Under the pieces are notes generated by a model that ran no database searches, had not been told where the DNA came from, and saw only the letters and a program-made list of their open reading frames with translations. Shown here in pieces: positions 35,971 to 48,611 of a stretch of 64,000 nucleotides of DNA. Each line of letters begins with the position of its first letter. Position 1 is the stretch's first letter. Origin of the DNA: Coniocarpon cinnabarinum (taxonomy: Eukaryota); assembly GCA_051942205.1 (NCBI GenBank), contig JAVECO010000125.1:1-64000 (forward strand), in the 5' to 3' direction. A program made the translations under genes and the position numbers.

Positions 35971-38454
35971 CTACCGCCTGGCTAGTCGTCTTGCAGTGCG
36001 TGGTTTGCCGTAATGCTGGTGCGATCCGTACGAGTTTTCGGCCATGTTAGCCGCCAGATAGTCACCAAGACTACCACCTCGACGCTGGCCTTCAATACTC
36101 ATTCGGGTAGCACCACTGTTTCCAATTTTGTTAGAATGTACTCCACTTGGGATTTGGGCCAAATGTCCTCCATCATCAGGTCTGCGGGAATCTGCGAATA
36201 AGTTTGAGCGTGGTACTATCGGACCACTACGTTGCTGTGAAAAGTATGGTGAGGCAGGGACGACAGCGGCGTTGCGTTCAGACCCCAGGAAAGGGACTGA
36301 TACGAGATTCCTGGGCGTGCTTGGGAGATCAAGAGAATTTTGTGCAGTACGATTTCCGTAAGAGCGGTGATGTCTGGACAATGCAGGCGTCGTCACAGCA
36401 TTTGGAGCGCCAAATCCTTGCCGTCTGTCTCGCAGTGTAAGACGACCTGTGTGGTTGCGTGCAGTGTTATTTTTGAAGAAAGGGGATGCGACCGACTCTG
36501 CAAGGTTTTGGAACGGCTGTTTGGTTGGTGAAGGGGTTAAAGGCTGTTGAAGCTGTCTGGGCTCATACTGTGGAGCAAAACCTGAACGAGAATGATATCC
36601 CTCATACATGGTCTTGCTCGGGGACTGGTGTGTTGAGTGAAGATCTTCTACGTCTGTGAAACGGTAGTTTTCAAGAGGTACAGGCCCCCTCTCTCGAAGC
36701 GAATGTGGTGTCTGACGCAAAGGACTCGTAATATTTATGCGGGAAGGTGATAGCTGCTGGAGTGGCAAGCGATGGCGCCGCGATTGCTGATGATAGATGT
36801 TCTGATTAAGAGAAGACTCATCCAAAGGGTCCAAGGGGTCCACAGCCGTTTGGCCCGTCGGTGACTGTTGCTGGGTAAGCCCCCTGTAACCACGAGTATA
36901 TCCTCTATTGTCCGCATTGCCTTTCGTAGGATACTGAGGCTGCCATGGAGTATAGTCGTCGAATTGTGGTACTGTCTCATATTGGTGATGCGCAGTCGCG
37001 GACGCATCCTCTTCTACGTAGGGAGCGGCATACTCATGTCGTTTGCCGAGTTGTTGAGTGGGTATAGGAGAAAGGCGACGAGGTTGACTTTGGTTATGTT
37101 GAAGACGTTCCCACGTTCCATCATCTCTGAGCAGTATCTGTCCCCGTGGTTGAAGCAACTTGGAAGGGGACTCGTTAGCGTACACGCTCATTGACGCTGG
37201 ATGATGCCGATGGTCACGTTCTTGCTCGTCAAGTTTGAATGATAGGTCCTGACGCGGACGTTTTGATGGAAGAGGTGGTGGCGGCATCCGTGCTCTACTT
37301 CCTGTCCTTAGCGTTTGATGTCCACTAACAGCCACATTTGTAGCCCCGTTGTCAAGTCCAGCATCATGCGTAAGAGCTGCATTGTGTGCATTGGAGGCAC
37401 TTTGGGGTCCTCGTCCTGACAGCGTGCGACTTGAAGCTGTATCTTGCCCATTCTGTCGAGGATTATGATCTGATTGCTGAGTGCGCAAATGGTAAGGGAC
37501 GACGTGACCGCGCGCAGCTGTTTCTGTATCTGCGGCTGCTTGTTGCGGGTCATTGCTATCCTCGAAAGATTTAGTGAAGCGTTTCGGTGGGACATCGGCG
37601 CCATACGAAGCAAGTTGAGCTCGCAGATTCTCATTGTCCCTACTCTGTCAGGTCTCTAGCATATTGCACACGGTCGGAGGGGCAATCCATACTCCATAGT
37701 CTGCCGAAAGATTCCAAGGTAATACATGACTTTGGGCTCCCGCTGTTTCCAGTGTTGATAGGCTTTTTCGGATTGTTCCAAACTCTTGATTCGAGTCGAT
37801 TGAGTCTGAAGTTGGCTCTCAACATCACGGCGTCGGGCATTTGCCTTCTCCATCAACTTCGTATGGGTGGAGTGTGCTTCCTGAAGTTTTGCAAATACGT
37901 TCGCAGCAAAACGTGCGAGCGCAAGATATTGGAACTTGAAATGTTGTCAGCAAGCACTCGTTCAACAAGAGTTAACTACGCACGCGAAGGGCATCCATTC
38001 CTTTTCCTGAGCTATCGAGCTTGATAGGTGGTGTATCAAAATAACTGTCGGGTATCTGTGCGTCGTATTGATCCTTGTCGCATCCACGTACGCCGAAAAG
38101 CTTCTTGCTGCTCGAGTCACCCTTCTCAGCAGAGCATAGAGGACAGGGTGCTTCTGGGATTTGCCCCGAAGGATGAATTGGGACGCCTGTACATGATGAG
38201 CAGGAAGTCATGACTGTTGCCGGCATAAACATTTTCGTACCTCCTCCTTCCAAATGCTTGCCGCATGTAAGATGACAGCATTCTGTCAGCCATAGCTTGG
38301 TGACTTGACGTTGGGAAAAAGCCTCTGTTGTATCGCGAAAACCTTTGTCGGACACGGCATCTTTGTAGATCTCTGAGATGGGACTACAGCAAATTTGACA
38401 GCTAAAGATAGCCTCAACTGGCCGCAGCAGACGCGGCGTAGTTACACTGGCCAT
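35971..38454 (-). CDS. RING + coiled-coil + disordered tail protein, Zip3/RNF212-like, 4 exons
   Basis: CQIC..LWLTECCHLTCGKH..CPLC RING, ALR|FQY coiled coil, long low-complexity tail; introns join four ORF fragments in frame. Confidence 0.65.
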
Positions 38455-38760
38455 GTAGAAGTTGAAGCAAGGAAGTGGCGTGAAAGAGAAGGGGGGAAGA
38501 ACCACGCGTTCGTGGGGATGATTCGAGCACGTGCTTCTGCTACTCTCAACCACCTGTGCTCACCGCTTCTTTCAGCTAGGGTGTGGCTCCTCGAGTACGC
38601 TTGTGCACATAGCCGTATGGCTCTTACACGCTGAACGCGAGTGCAACAAAAGAGCCGCAGTCAAGGTTGGAAGTCATTGTGCCACCACGTAGCAGCGCAG
38701 TCTTGTAAAACTCTTGAGTAATGCTACAATTCAAATCTATACGGCTGCGTTCACAAGGGT

Positions 38761-39442
38761 CTAGGTGAAAGATCGACAAGGGTACCTGTGATTGTCAGCT
38801 CCAACTTTATCTGCATGAATGAGCATAAGAATGCAGAACACGCACTCTCCTTCATATGACTGCTCCGCGTCCAGACTGTACTGTTTCCCAACCATGTTCT
38901 GACCCAGATTCGATGGCATGGGAGGCAGACCATCAGGACCCAAAACCGCGGCCATGTTCGCTTTGTCCTTCTTGAAAAACGTAGGAAGTCCCGTCTTCTG
39001 GCCTTCTTCTTGCACCGCCACCAGTTGCTTCTGACCAGCATCTCCAATCTGCAATACGTCCTCCCTTGGAGCCGCTTGACTTCCCACCGTCAGCAATCCC
39101 ACCACATCTCCTTGATTCACCACGCTTAATCGAGGGTAACTCCTCCGAACGTCGCGCTTCCAATACGGATTCTCCGCAATATCGCCAGCGGGTGCGGTAA
39201 CGGGATCGTCATAGTCTGCAGGATTGTTGCCAGCAGGGGGTGGGTTGCGGAATAATGGATTTAAAGGGACACCCGTGGATCGTTTAGAGTCGATTTGGAG
39301 CCAGTCGCTCACTTTCGCCCAGATACCCTGAGGCTGGACTGTGTATTTCTGAGGGGAAATTAGAAATGTGAAATTCATTCGAAAGTGCTGATCAATGAAG
39401 CCATACTTTGAACGTTTGTGCAGCTTGTTTGGCAGCTGCCAT
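38761..39442 (-). CDS. Complex I accessory 21.3 kDa subunit (NUZM/B14.5a-like), 3 exons
   Basis: MAAAKQAAQTFK|KYTVQPQGIW, RSTGVPLNP.FRNP, DIAENPYWKRDVRRSYP, YPCRSFT. Confidence 0.88.
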
Positions 39443-39935
39443 CGCTGCAACTCGACCGCGTTTGAATCGATCGTTGAGATGGCACTAGGATCAGGATCCA
39501 AATCCGAAGAGCAGATGACACTGAAGATTGCAACCTCGCATCGAGGCCTGATCGAAAAGGTATACCAAGGCCTGCGCTCGGAGTTTCTCAAGTGTTGTTG
39601 CTGAAGAGCAAGTCCCAATTATCACTTCGAACCGCTCTAAGGCTCTGGTTACGTAATCATCGCCTTCCAAAGCGACGCGTCTCTGGTCCGCCTGACCACC
39701 TATCCACTTAAAGCATCACAGGCGTCTCTCATATAACGCACATTATGTTCATCTACTTGACGCTGCCTGCAAGCGATTTATTCAGCATCTAGCAAGTACG
39801 ACTGGATTCTAGGTCCTTTGACTTTGACATCTGGGTCAATTTCAACCCACGCCTTGCCTCCTGTCCATCTCAAAAATCGTGACCAACTGTTACCTCCACG
39901 CCGCTATTCTCCACGCGCATCTTTACAAGTCTGCC

Positions 39936-40965
39936 TTAGAGGAAATTGTTAGGTGCATTAGGGCCGTCTGCCGAGTCATCGACTTCAAGCGAATGGTTAC
40001 CAGAGTCGCACAGCGTTTCTCCCACAGATGTCTTGCCACACTTGGGACAACGGATGCCATTTGAGGCGATCTCGGTGCCTGGCGCATGCCAAGTTGAATT
40101 CCTCATCGGAGGTCTGGGTCGGCGAAGGGTCACACTGGTGTGGTGCGCGTTGGTCGAAGCTTGCGGCGCTGCAGAGACGCTGTGACGTAGTGGCGCCCGG
40201 GATGTCGTGCTATTCAAAAACTGCAGGTATGAATGCAGTGATGCAGTCGAGGGACTGACGGGTGATCCAGTGTGAAAGTAATCGCTTTGTGTTTCAGAGG
40301 TTGACGGGCTAAAGGGGGACCTTGGAAAATAGCCCTCGCCATTGTATTCCAACGTTGGAGTTCGCTCAAGCGAGTCGAGCGTCTCGATGAAAGCAGCCAC
40401 CGACTCTACCGTTGCATTCGTATTCTCTGCTTCCGAGACAATGACGCGACCGTCCTTGCCTATCACAACGACGCCTTTGACGAGTCCCTTGCCCGGATTC
40501 TTTTCCAAACCGAGGCCAGAGATCAGACCGCCATTTTCATCCAACAGCCATTGTAAAGTCAAGTCGTGCTTTTCACTGAGCTTCTCAAAGTCGCCTGACT
40601 TGTCTCTCGCTAGCCCGTAGAGACCGAAGCCCTTTGATGAGAGTTCCTGCTGCACCTCTTTCAACTGGCTCGATGCTAACAAGCTCTTTAGCCTACGCTC
40701 GCCAAATGCACGATTTTCAGCCAGACGTACCTTTTGAGGTCTGCATACTTTGCGCTGTAAAGATGACTACTCCGCTAACACTGAGGCCGACAAGGCGTTG
40801 CAGATTGACTCGTTGCCCATTGTTAAGTATTATGTCTTTGCCAATTTCATCCATTTTGAGCATGTCGCCCTGACGAGGGCGTCGCGTGCTCTGAAAGTCG
40901 TCGGGTTTTGTCCTGCTGAAGAAAGCTTTTCCAAGGGAAAGCCTTTGGCCTCTGTCTTTATACAT
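39936..40965 (-). CDS. Peroxiredoxin-Q/BCP (Dot5)-like fold lacking the catalytic cysteines, with a C-terminal extension, 2 exons
   Basis: GVVIFT.., GFGLYGLARD, LQWLLDENGGLISGLGL, KGVVVIGKDGRV match the PrxQ pattern; the PxxxTxxC motif is absent. Confidence 0.7.
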
Positions 40966-41395
40966 AGACTACAGACGACTAGCGGTGGGGCTTGTGGCTT
41001 TCAGGGCAGAGCGTTGTATGAGAACATGGGATTTGTAAGAGCAAGTAGGTGAAGGGAGTCCTGCTGAGGTCGTGAATGAATGCGCATATAGCAGGAGATG
41101 GCATTCCCGGGGTCTATGATAGCAGACAAGCATGCTGAGGCTCTGAAGGCAGACGGGCGATTTTTGTGGAAGGCTCGACGGGAGAATATAGCAGCCAAAG
41201 GGTCAAGCTGTGTGTTTGTGAGAACACGCGACTGCCTCCTGTCACCGCAACACACATTCGCGTAGGTTGATCTTCAAAACTCAGGTAGAGTCCAAGCTTT
41301 GAAACCAGTCTATGATGTTCCTCGTCTTAGATCCATAGTTGGGAACGTATTTGTGATTGGTTCACGTCTATCCTACATGCAGTGTGCAATGAGCA

Positions 41396-43100
41396 ATGAT
41401 GGACGCGCTTACTTTCCGGGAATACGATGAGGCAGGAGAACAGGAGTCAGAGTTCGTGGTCACCGGCACTCCACATAGCTTGCGCGTAGACAAAATTGTA
41501 TGCACCCGACAAGGTGACATGTCTCATCTTCAATAGCTTACTTGAACAGCCACAAAGAGAACCCAATTCCATATGGACGTGGTGCCTAGGAATCTTCCTG
41601 CCAGCAGGCTTTCCTCACAGTGTGACGGATGACTATGTCGAGTACGTAAAGGTTGAAGAGAAACGATGGCTTCGATTCGACGGACAGCCCTCCTGCCTGA
41701 GACCTTTGCGGCATTCATCACCACTCCAAGGAGAAATGCTCAAGTGCTTCCTCTCTAACGCTGAATTTCTAGGTATCAGATCTATGTACGAACTTTGGCA
41801 CAGGCTGGAAACCCAGCTAATATCCGTCAGGATTCATTGCAAGCCTTCGCAAGCACTATCGCCGGTCTACTATCGTCGCGCGCAGTATTAGCAGGTGCGA
41901 TCTGAAGACGAAGGAAATTTCTAAAAATCATTTGGTATCTAACCCAGCCCAATAGGTGTTGGCGTAGGCGATGCTACGGCCTCGCCAACGGCGGCTTTGC
42001 TGCTATCTATCCTCCAGGAGTCCACAGGCCGCATCGCCACAATAGCCTTTGCCCATCGGCTTGGAACTGTCCTGGAGCCCGAGTGTAAAATGTACCGTCT
42101 TGCGGCTGACATTTTCAATGATGGGGCTATGGTACTTGACTGCTTGTCTCCAGCCTTTCCCAAAAGCTTTCGAGTCTTGTTGCTGAGCGCTTCAAGTATA
42201 TTACGAGCGCTTTGTGGAGTCGCTGCGGGAAGTGCAAAAGCCAGCCTTTCGGCGCATTTCGCTCGCTGGGGTAAACTTGGAGAGCTAAACGCCAAAGACT
42301 CTAGTCAAGAGACTGTAATATCCTTAGCAGGAATGCTAGTAAGTGTTTCACACCTAACGCAGTCGACGATCCAGACAATATCTTCTGACAACTACTGTAT
42401 GCAGTGCGGAAGTCTCGTCGTCTCCCGAGTTCAGTCCTTGGGTGCGACCTGTTTCACGCTTGTAATCCTGCTCACGCTTCACTTATACCTCAACTACGCA
42501 GCTGTGAAGGCAGTCCAAATGCGCACCTTGAACCGACAAAGAGCTAGTATTGTCTTGTCGCATCTCATGGAGACAAACCAAGTCCTAACTCCTTCCGAAG
42601 TTTCCCGGCGTGAGCGTATATTTGATGGCGACGGCGCCTTCCGGTGGTGTCAATCCGCACGGCTTGGAACCGGAGTCATCGGAGTGAGTTCGGATCGAGT
42701 ATTTCAGGCTATTAGTCAACATAGAGGCAGCGCCAACTCTTGGAAGGACCTAGACATCAACCTTCACGATTGGCAACGGATTTTTGAAAATTGCAAATAC
42801 CTTTTGTTGTGGGAAGCGCAGAGCAGAAAGGCACACATCCTCCTCAGACGCGGATCATCGACCCGCGACCAACTCGAAGCGTGGACGCACGGACTATTGA
42901 TTGCCAAGGAGGAACACGAGCTATCCACCCGCCAAAACAATCCAAATCTAATGATCCGACTTCTAGAGACACGAAGGAAGACAGAGGACTCGTTCTCGAG
43001 CCACATCGCCGGCCTTGAGGATGCAGGATGGGATGTAAACACTCCAGCTCTCGAGGTCGCCATTGGGAAGCGCGTAGATATCACAATGGCAGTAGCGTGA
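41396..43100 (+). CDS. RUS1 / DUF647 family protein, multi-exon
   Basis: IFLPAGFPHSVTDDY, YQIY|DSLQAF, LEPECKMYRLAADIFND, ELNAKDSSQETVISL, TLNRQRA. Confidence 0.92.
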
Positions 43101-44564
43101 AGGAATGGGACGAGATATGAATTTAGCAGCAAACGGAGCCCACGCGTAGGTGCGCAATCTTACACCGTCACTGTTAGTGTGCACACAGTTGCCGTCTCAC
43201 CGCGGTGGCGCCCGAGAAGACAATCGACCTGTCGCTGAGTGAGTATTTGCACACGTGCGTAAATCTGAGCGCAACGGCCCCCAGCGCGATGCAACAGAAT
43301 GATCGTGTGAATTTTCTAGAAAACTTCTCGAAGATCGAGGGTAGTATCCCGTAGCGGAAATCGATATATTTGGCCCCACACTTTTTTCGTCGGGTGCCTG
43401 CCGCCGCCATGAACGCTCGGCAGCAGCGAGGACAATGATACGTGTAGTGGTCCCCCTGCAATTTGCCAGACAATCGCCTTCATTATCCAATGCCCATACA
43501 GTGGTTTGTCTGTCGATCAACATGGCGACTGCTACACAAAGCCCAGACATCACATGCTGCCAGCAGGGGGTAGCGTCGCAGTGTACGTGGGGAAGCTGCG
43601 TGTGCGGAGACAAATGGGGTGCGCGCAATTGAAGATCCAATACGTACAGTCCCCCGAGTTACGTACACGTCGTCATCACGGTCCGCCAGCGCAAGCTTTG
43701 ATCGAGACAAGACCAGCAACAGACAAAAGCCGAAACGGCGGCGGAGTGAAAGTAGCACGGGCCAGTCAACGCGCGAGGCAACCATACGCAGGTCCTGGAC
43801 GCTTCTGGCAGTTGACGAGATGCAGTCCTGTTGGCAATCACCGCGTTGCACACGGATAGGGCTCATCGACACCCAGGGCGACGGCAGCCGCCGGCCAGTG
43901 AAAGGGGACAGACGCACAGACCGATTCTGAAACGAAAACGCAAGTCCTGCTCTTTTAGCAGCCCTGGCCGGCTCCAAGGGTCGGGTCAGGGCGTGGACCT
44001 TGCTGGAGGGGAAATGGCGATACGACGATGACCGGGTCGGGCGCGTGCTGCGAGCTCTCAGACTCCGCGGTGGCCCTTGCGAGGGAGGCGTGGGGACAGG
44101 AGCGAGCGTTGGTAGAGGAGCAGGGACGCGCGAGCACCAATGTCACCGACGCCTCATCTGTATGCAGCTGCAGTGATCGACGTGCGAGCGTCATCTGGGG
44201 GCTCGCGCTGGGAGGACACCAAGTCTGAGTGACGACGAGGGCGCCGACCTGAGGAGGAGGAAGAGGAGGAAGAGGGGAACGAGCAGCGGGCGGGCGCCCA
44301 AGGGGGCAGGCTTCGAGAAGGGGAGCAAAGACGGGCAGGATCGGCGCTGGGGTGATCTGCCACGTCTCTCTGTGTCTCTATCCCCCGGCAGGCCCCGGGC
44401 GCGGACGCTGATTGGGCACCAGATCGGGCGTAGCGGGCTTCTAGCGCTTCTGGCGGCCTTCTAGCGCAAAGTCTGTGGGTTTTCGCGCAGCAGCCTGGGC
44501 AGAGCGTCACTAGTCACTCCTCGCGAGCAGACTAGCAGTCCGCACCCAGAGACTACCACGCTCC

Positions 44565-44596
44565 CCCAGACACCCAGACACCCAGACACCCAGACA
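44565..44596. repeat. 8-bp tandem repeat (CCCAGACA)x4 upstream of the RGS gene
   Basis: Directly visible. Confidence 0.9.
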
Positions 44597-45468
44597 CAGA
44601 CGCTCTGCAGGTCACTCTACCGGAGTACCACCACTGCTAATCCACTTCTGCTGCAACTCTACCTACCGACGACCTTTTCTCTCGTCTTCGCCTGCTACCA
44701 CCTACTCCTGCTGCTACTACTACTTCTCAATCTCTCCCTCTCTCCCTCCCCTCCCACCACCCCGGCCCTATTCCTGCTGAAGGATGATCCTGATCGCGCC
44801 CTTGGCCCACTCCTCACCTGTCTACTGCCACTCCCACGCCCCCTCTCGTGTGCCTGTCCTGTCCACACCACTGCTGCTGACCTGCCCATCCACTGCTCCT
44901 GCTACCACCCCATCCATCGCTCGGACAGACGCCCCGACACCTGCAGCGTCATCCATTATTGTTTCTTTATGAAGCTTCTTTGTCCTCTTCGTCCTTCCAC
45001 AGAATCTGCAGCTCTCATCCGCACCCGCAGGTCCAGCACGTGCACACCACTCTCCTTCGCCGCATCCGCTCACATTCCGGACTGGCTCAACTTGACCGTC
45101 CTCACCCACGTCAACACTTGATTTTCACCAGCGCCGGCGTCTTTGTTTGAGCACCGACCGGAGTTTATATTTTTCTTGTCACGGGTAACATATGCATGGT
45201 TCTCGGGAGGCTTTTTGGCAGGCAAACGACACTGTAGCCACCCGCACCCACCCATCTGCCCACGGTCTTGGCCAACCCTACTAATCACTTGGCTCTGGTT
45301 TTGTCATCGGTAGCCTTTGGTTCGGCCTCTGGTCGCGATAGACAACCACCAAAACAACTCTTTGCATAGAATTTCAAGGTGGCTCGCTCAAAGCTGGACA
45401 GTGGCAGCTGCGCACGACCGCTCTTTCCTGCCGCATGCGAAGAGTGTCGCAAAGCTGCAAGAAAGAAC

Positions 45469-46674
45469 ATGCGCTTTAAGGCTCGTTTTATTCGCCGCAA
45501 GTCAGCCTCTTTCATCTCTCCCATATCCTTTTCCAGACGCGCATCTGAAATCACACCTGTCTCTATCTATTCTGAGGAGCCACCGGTGCCCACGCATGCG
45601 CCAAAGGAAGTGGTCATGTCCGGCCGCAATTCGACAGTCTCTACGTCGGAGGCGTCCTTTGGAGTTCGAAGTGGTCGCGACAACGGTGGCTCCGCCAAGT
45701 ACGTCCGGAGACCCAATCTGGCACAGATACTGGCCGACGAGGCTCCACCACCCTGGACACTGGAAGATTTCACCGCCTATGCTGCCCGAAATCTCTGTCT
45801 TGAGAACATTGAGTTCATTCAAGACGCACGGAGGTACAAGATGGCCTACGAGACGATTGTAGGATCATTGGGGATGGAAACGGGCACCGATCCATCACTA
45901 CCAAACCAGTCACGGCCCGCAATCCCTCGTATGAACAGCGCTCAAATGGAGAGACTTCGGGAGCTCTGGACTCGCCTCATGATCAACTACATCGCTCCCA
46001 GTAGCCCGAAGGAAATCAATCTTACAGCAGACATTCGGGCTGGCCTCCTTCCGCACAACAAGCAGCAAATGCCACCTTCCCCCAACTTGCTTGAACCTGC
46101 AATCAAGAAGATTGAACAGCTGATCGAGGAGTCGATCTTATTCACATTCCTAAATGAGAAGCAAGCTTCGGTGAGCAACAGCAACTACCAGCCTTCCGTT
46201 GCTAGTCAAGAACGGTTGGCCTTGGAGACTAACTTCTCGCACCCGATGGACAAGTTTTCTACGCCTCCCTCATTGCAAGAATTTCAGTCGCCTTTGACGG
46301 ATCCTGTGGCTCCCTTCTCAGCTTTTCCTCCCGGTCGACCTTCCCCGCGATCAAGTCAAATAGGCTCTCCGCACGGTATGGTTCCTATGGGTAGCCATAA
46401 GGGTTCTGCGGCCAGCGCGCCTACCAGCATGCCGGCAATTGGAAGTGCAGCAGCGAGCCTGGCACCCACGCTGAGTGAGGACTCCGTCAGTCCGGTGGCC
46501 TCGCAGCATGAGGGTGTTACGCCACCGAGGACGCCACCAAACAACGAGCCAGAGAATAAGCGAAGCCCCAAACAAAACGATCGCTGGAAGCGCATGTCTC
46601 AAAGACTAGGCTTCAACCGGAAGAGTGGTACTCACTTGAAGGATGTGCAGGAACATCCCCCGCCTTTACCCTGA
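45469..46674 (+). CDS. RGS domain protein (RgsA-like)
   Basis: RPNLAQILADEAPPPWTLEDF..NLCLENIEF, YIAPSSPKEINL; start may be 45469 or further downstream. Confidence 0.88.
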   Translation: MRFKARFIRRKSASFISPISFSRRASEITPVSIYSEEPPVPTHAPKEVVMSGRNSTVSTSEASFGVRSGRDNGGSAKYVRRPNLAQILADEAPPPWTLEDFTAYAARNLCLENIEFIQDARRYKMAYETIVGSLGMETGTDPSLPNQSRPAIPRMNSAQMERLRELWTRLMINYIAPSSPKEINLTADIRAGLLPHNKQQMPPSPNLLEPAIKKIEQLIEESILFTFLNEKQASVSNSNYQPSVASQERLALETNFSHPMDKFSTPPSLQEFQSPLTDPVAPFSAFPPGRPSPRSSQIGSPHGMVPMGSHKGSAASAPTSMPAIGSAAASLAPTLSEDSVSPVASQHEGVTPPRTPPNNEPENKRSPKQNDRWKRMSQRLGFNRKSGTHLKDVQEHPPPLP

Positions 46675-47447
46675 CAGCGATGCGCATGGTTCAAGGATCA
46701 CCTTGTCTAATTATTGATGATGCTGCATACATGGTCTAGCGCGGCGTTTGGAAATGCATTGAGGGAGAAAAGAAAGCTGGGAAATGACATGCATTTGCTC
46801 TTCAGAGTCCGATGGCGTTTCTGGGATGCGGTGTTGGGACAAGTCCATCACCCAGCGAATTTTGACGACGACATGATTTGACGATGGCGATACCATGCAT
46901 GCAGCGGCATGCACAATCACCTTGAAAAGACAGAGACCGAGGTTCTGGGCGGAGAGAGTGCAAGCGTGGAAATAGAGTTGTAAAGAGCAGGCATGGGCCT
47001 GACAGCTGTAATGGAGATGAACCATCCGCCTTCCCAACCCGGTGGATGAATACAGTCGAGACTTGTATAATTCAATCACCCTAGGATTTCAAAAGCCGAT
47101 CACCACATGTTTTGGTTGGTATTCAAGACGCGTTTGGTCTCAGTTGCGAAAACGTACGAGTCACGTGCTCTTCTTGAAGAAACAGTGAGAGTAAAGACAG
47201 GGTCAGAGTTTAGGTGGCCTCGGGGCAAAAACCTCCATGTGGACGTTTTTCTTTGCTCCACGCTTCACCTTTCTCCCGATCTTGTTCCTTTCAAGTCTCA
47301 GATTATTGTCCACAGAACGACTCCGTCAACCTTGCTCGCAGCTACATTGCATCTCACGGGAGCTGCCGCATGGGAGCTTGATTGTTCCATCTCGAATGTA
47401 GCAAAATCGTTGTCTTCACTCATCGCAACTCACACCTATCGTTTGCG

Positions 47448-48156
47448 ATGAAAGTCTTTTCGCGCTCCCATGACTTTGATTACTCTTGGGACGAAGTGTC
47501 CACGGGCAACTGGTTGAAGTATTGTCCCTGGAATAAGGAGGCCACGCATGTGATTGCCGTTGACACTCTTTCAAGAGGCGTGGATTCCGCCACTGGCATT
47601 GTGAGTGTTCACTGAAATCTGATTGTAGTCTCTGAAGCGTTAACGGCTCGCATAGCTTCGGACAGAACGACTCATTACTTGCAAGCAACCCGCGCCGAAA
47701 TGGCTGACACCCTTTCTGGGCGGCACCGAGGTCTCGCACGTTTACGAAGTGTCTTATGTCAAGCCTCGCACTCCTGCAGCATCAGGTCTATCTGCATCAG
47801 AATCGATTGACCCCCCTCGCGTACTGAATGACAAAGCCAATAAGCCTGTTGCCGACACGCCGTCAGTCACGATGACCTCGTACAATTTGACCTGGTCAGA
47901 TCTTTTGAGCGTTCGAGAGACCGTGGTATATACGCCGAGTCCATCCGATCCTTTGCATAAGACGCGATTCGATCAAGAGGCGAAGATCACGGCATTGTGT
48001 GGAGGCTGGGCTAAGATTAAGGAGAAGATTGAGAATTTCACCGTCGAGCGATTCGGGCAGAACGCCGAGAGGGGCCGTCTAGGATTCGAATCAGTCCTGG
48101 AAATGAGTCGCAAGGCGTTCGCGGAGGAGCGCGCGAGGGCGGAACATCGACTATGA
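47448..48156 (+). CDS. PRELI/MSF1 (Ups2-like) mitochondrial lipid transfer protein, 2 exons
   Basis: [55 protein letters not shown]. Confidence 0.92.
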
Positions 48157-48611
48157 CTGAGGAGGAGACTAACGACAGGCATGGCGGCATTATAGAATCG
48201 GAAGAGATGTGCATTTTGGAGCGTTCTAGCGGTGCATGAAAGTGGGCGTTTTGGCTAGTGGTACCGAGAGATGAAATGACTTTACTCAGATTCGATGTAT
48301 AGTGCTTGATGACAGAGATGGTCAAATGAATTTTCACGTTTCCTCGCGGGCACACAGAATGATTCAACATCTTTGAGAATGTTCAATGATCCAAGCGTGC
48401 TCGCGTCATGTGTACCACAGGAGAGACGAGACGGTGGAAGGGATGATCAGCGGGCTGACACGTTCACATGTGACATCTGCCTGGACAGCCGCCCTCAGCA
48501 GGGTTTCTGCGTCTTGAATTCGCAAATTATATCTGGCATTCGTTATGTAATTTTTACAAACAGAAACTTGCAAGGTCGCAAAAGCATGAGCGATCGTTAC
48601 AACCTCGAACC

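Noticed and set aside
43174..44510. Many overlapping ORFs in a GC-rich stretch
   Set aside because: Expected by chance at this GC content; no motifs or consistent splice model
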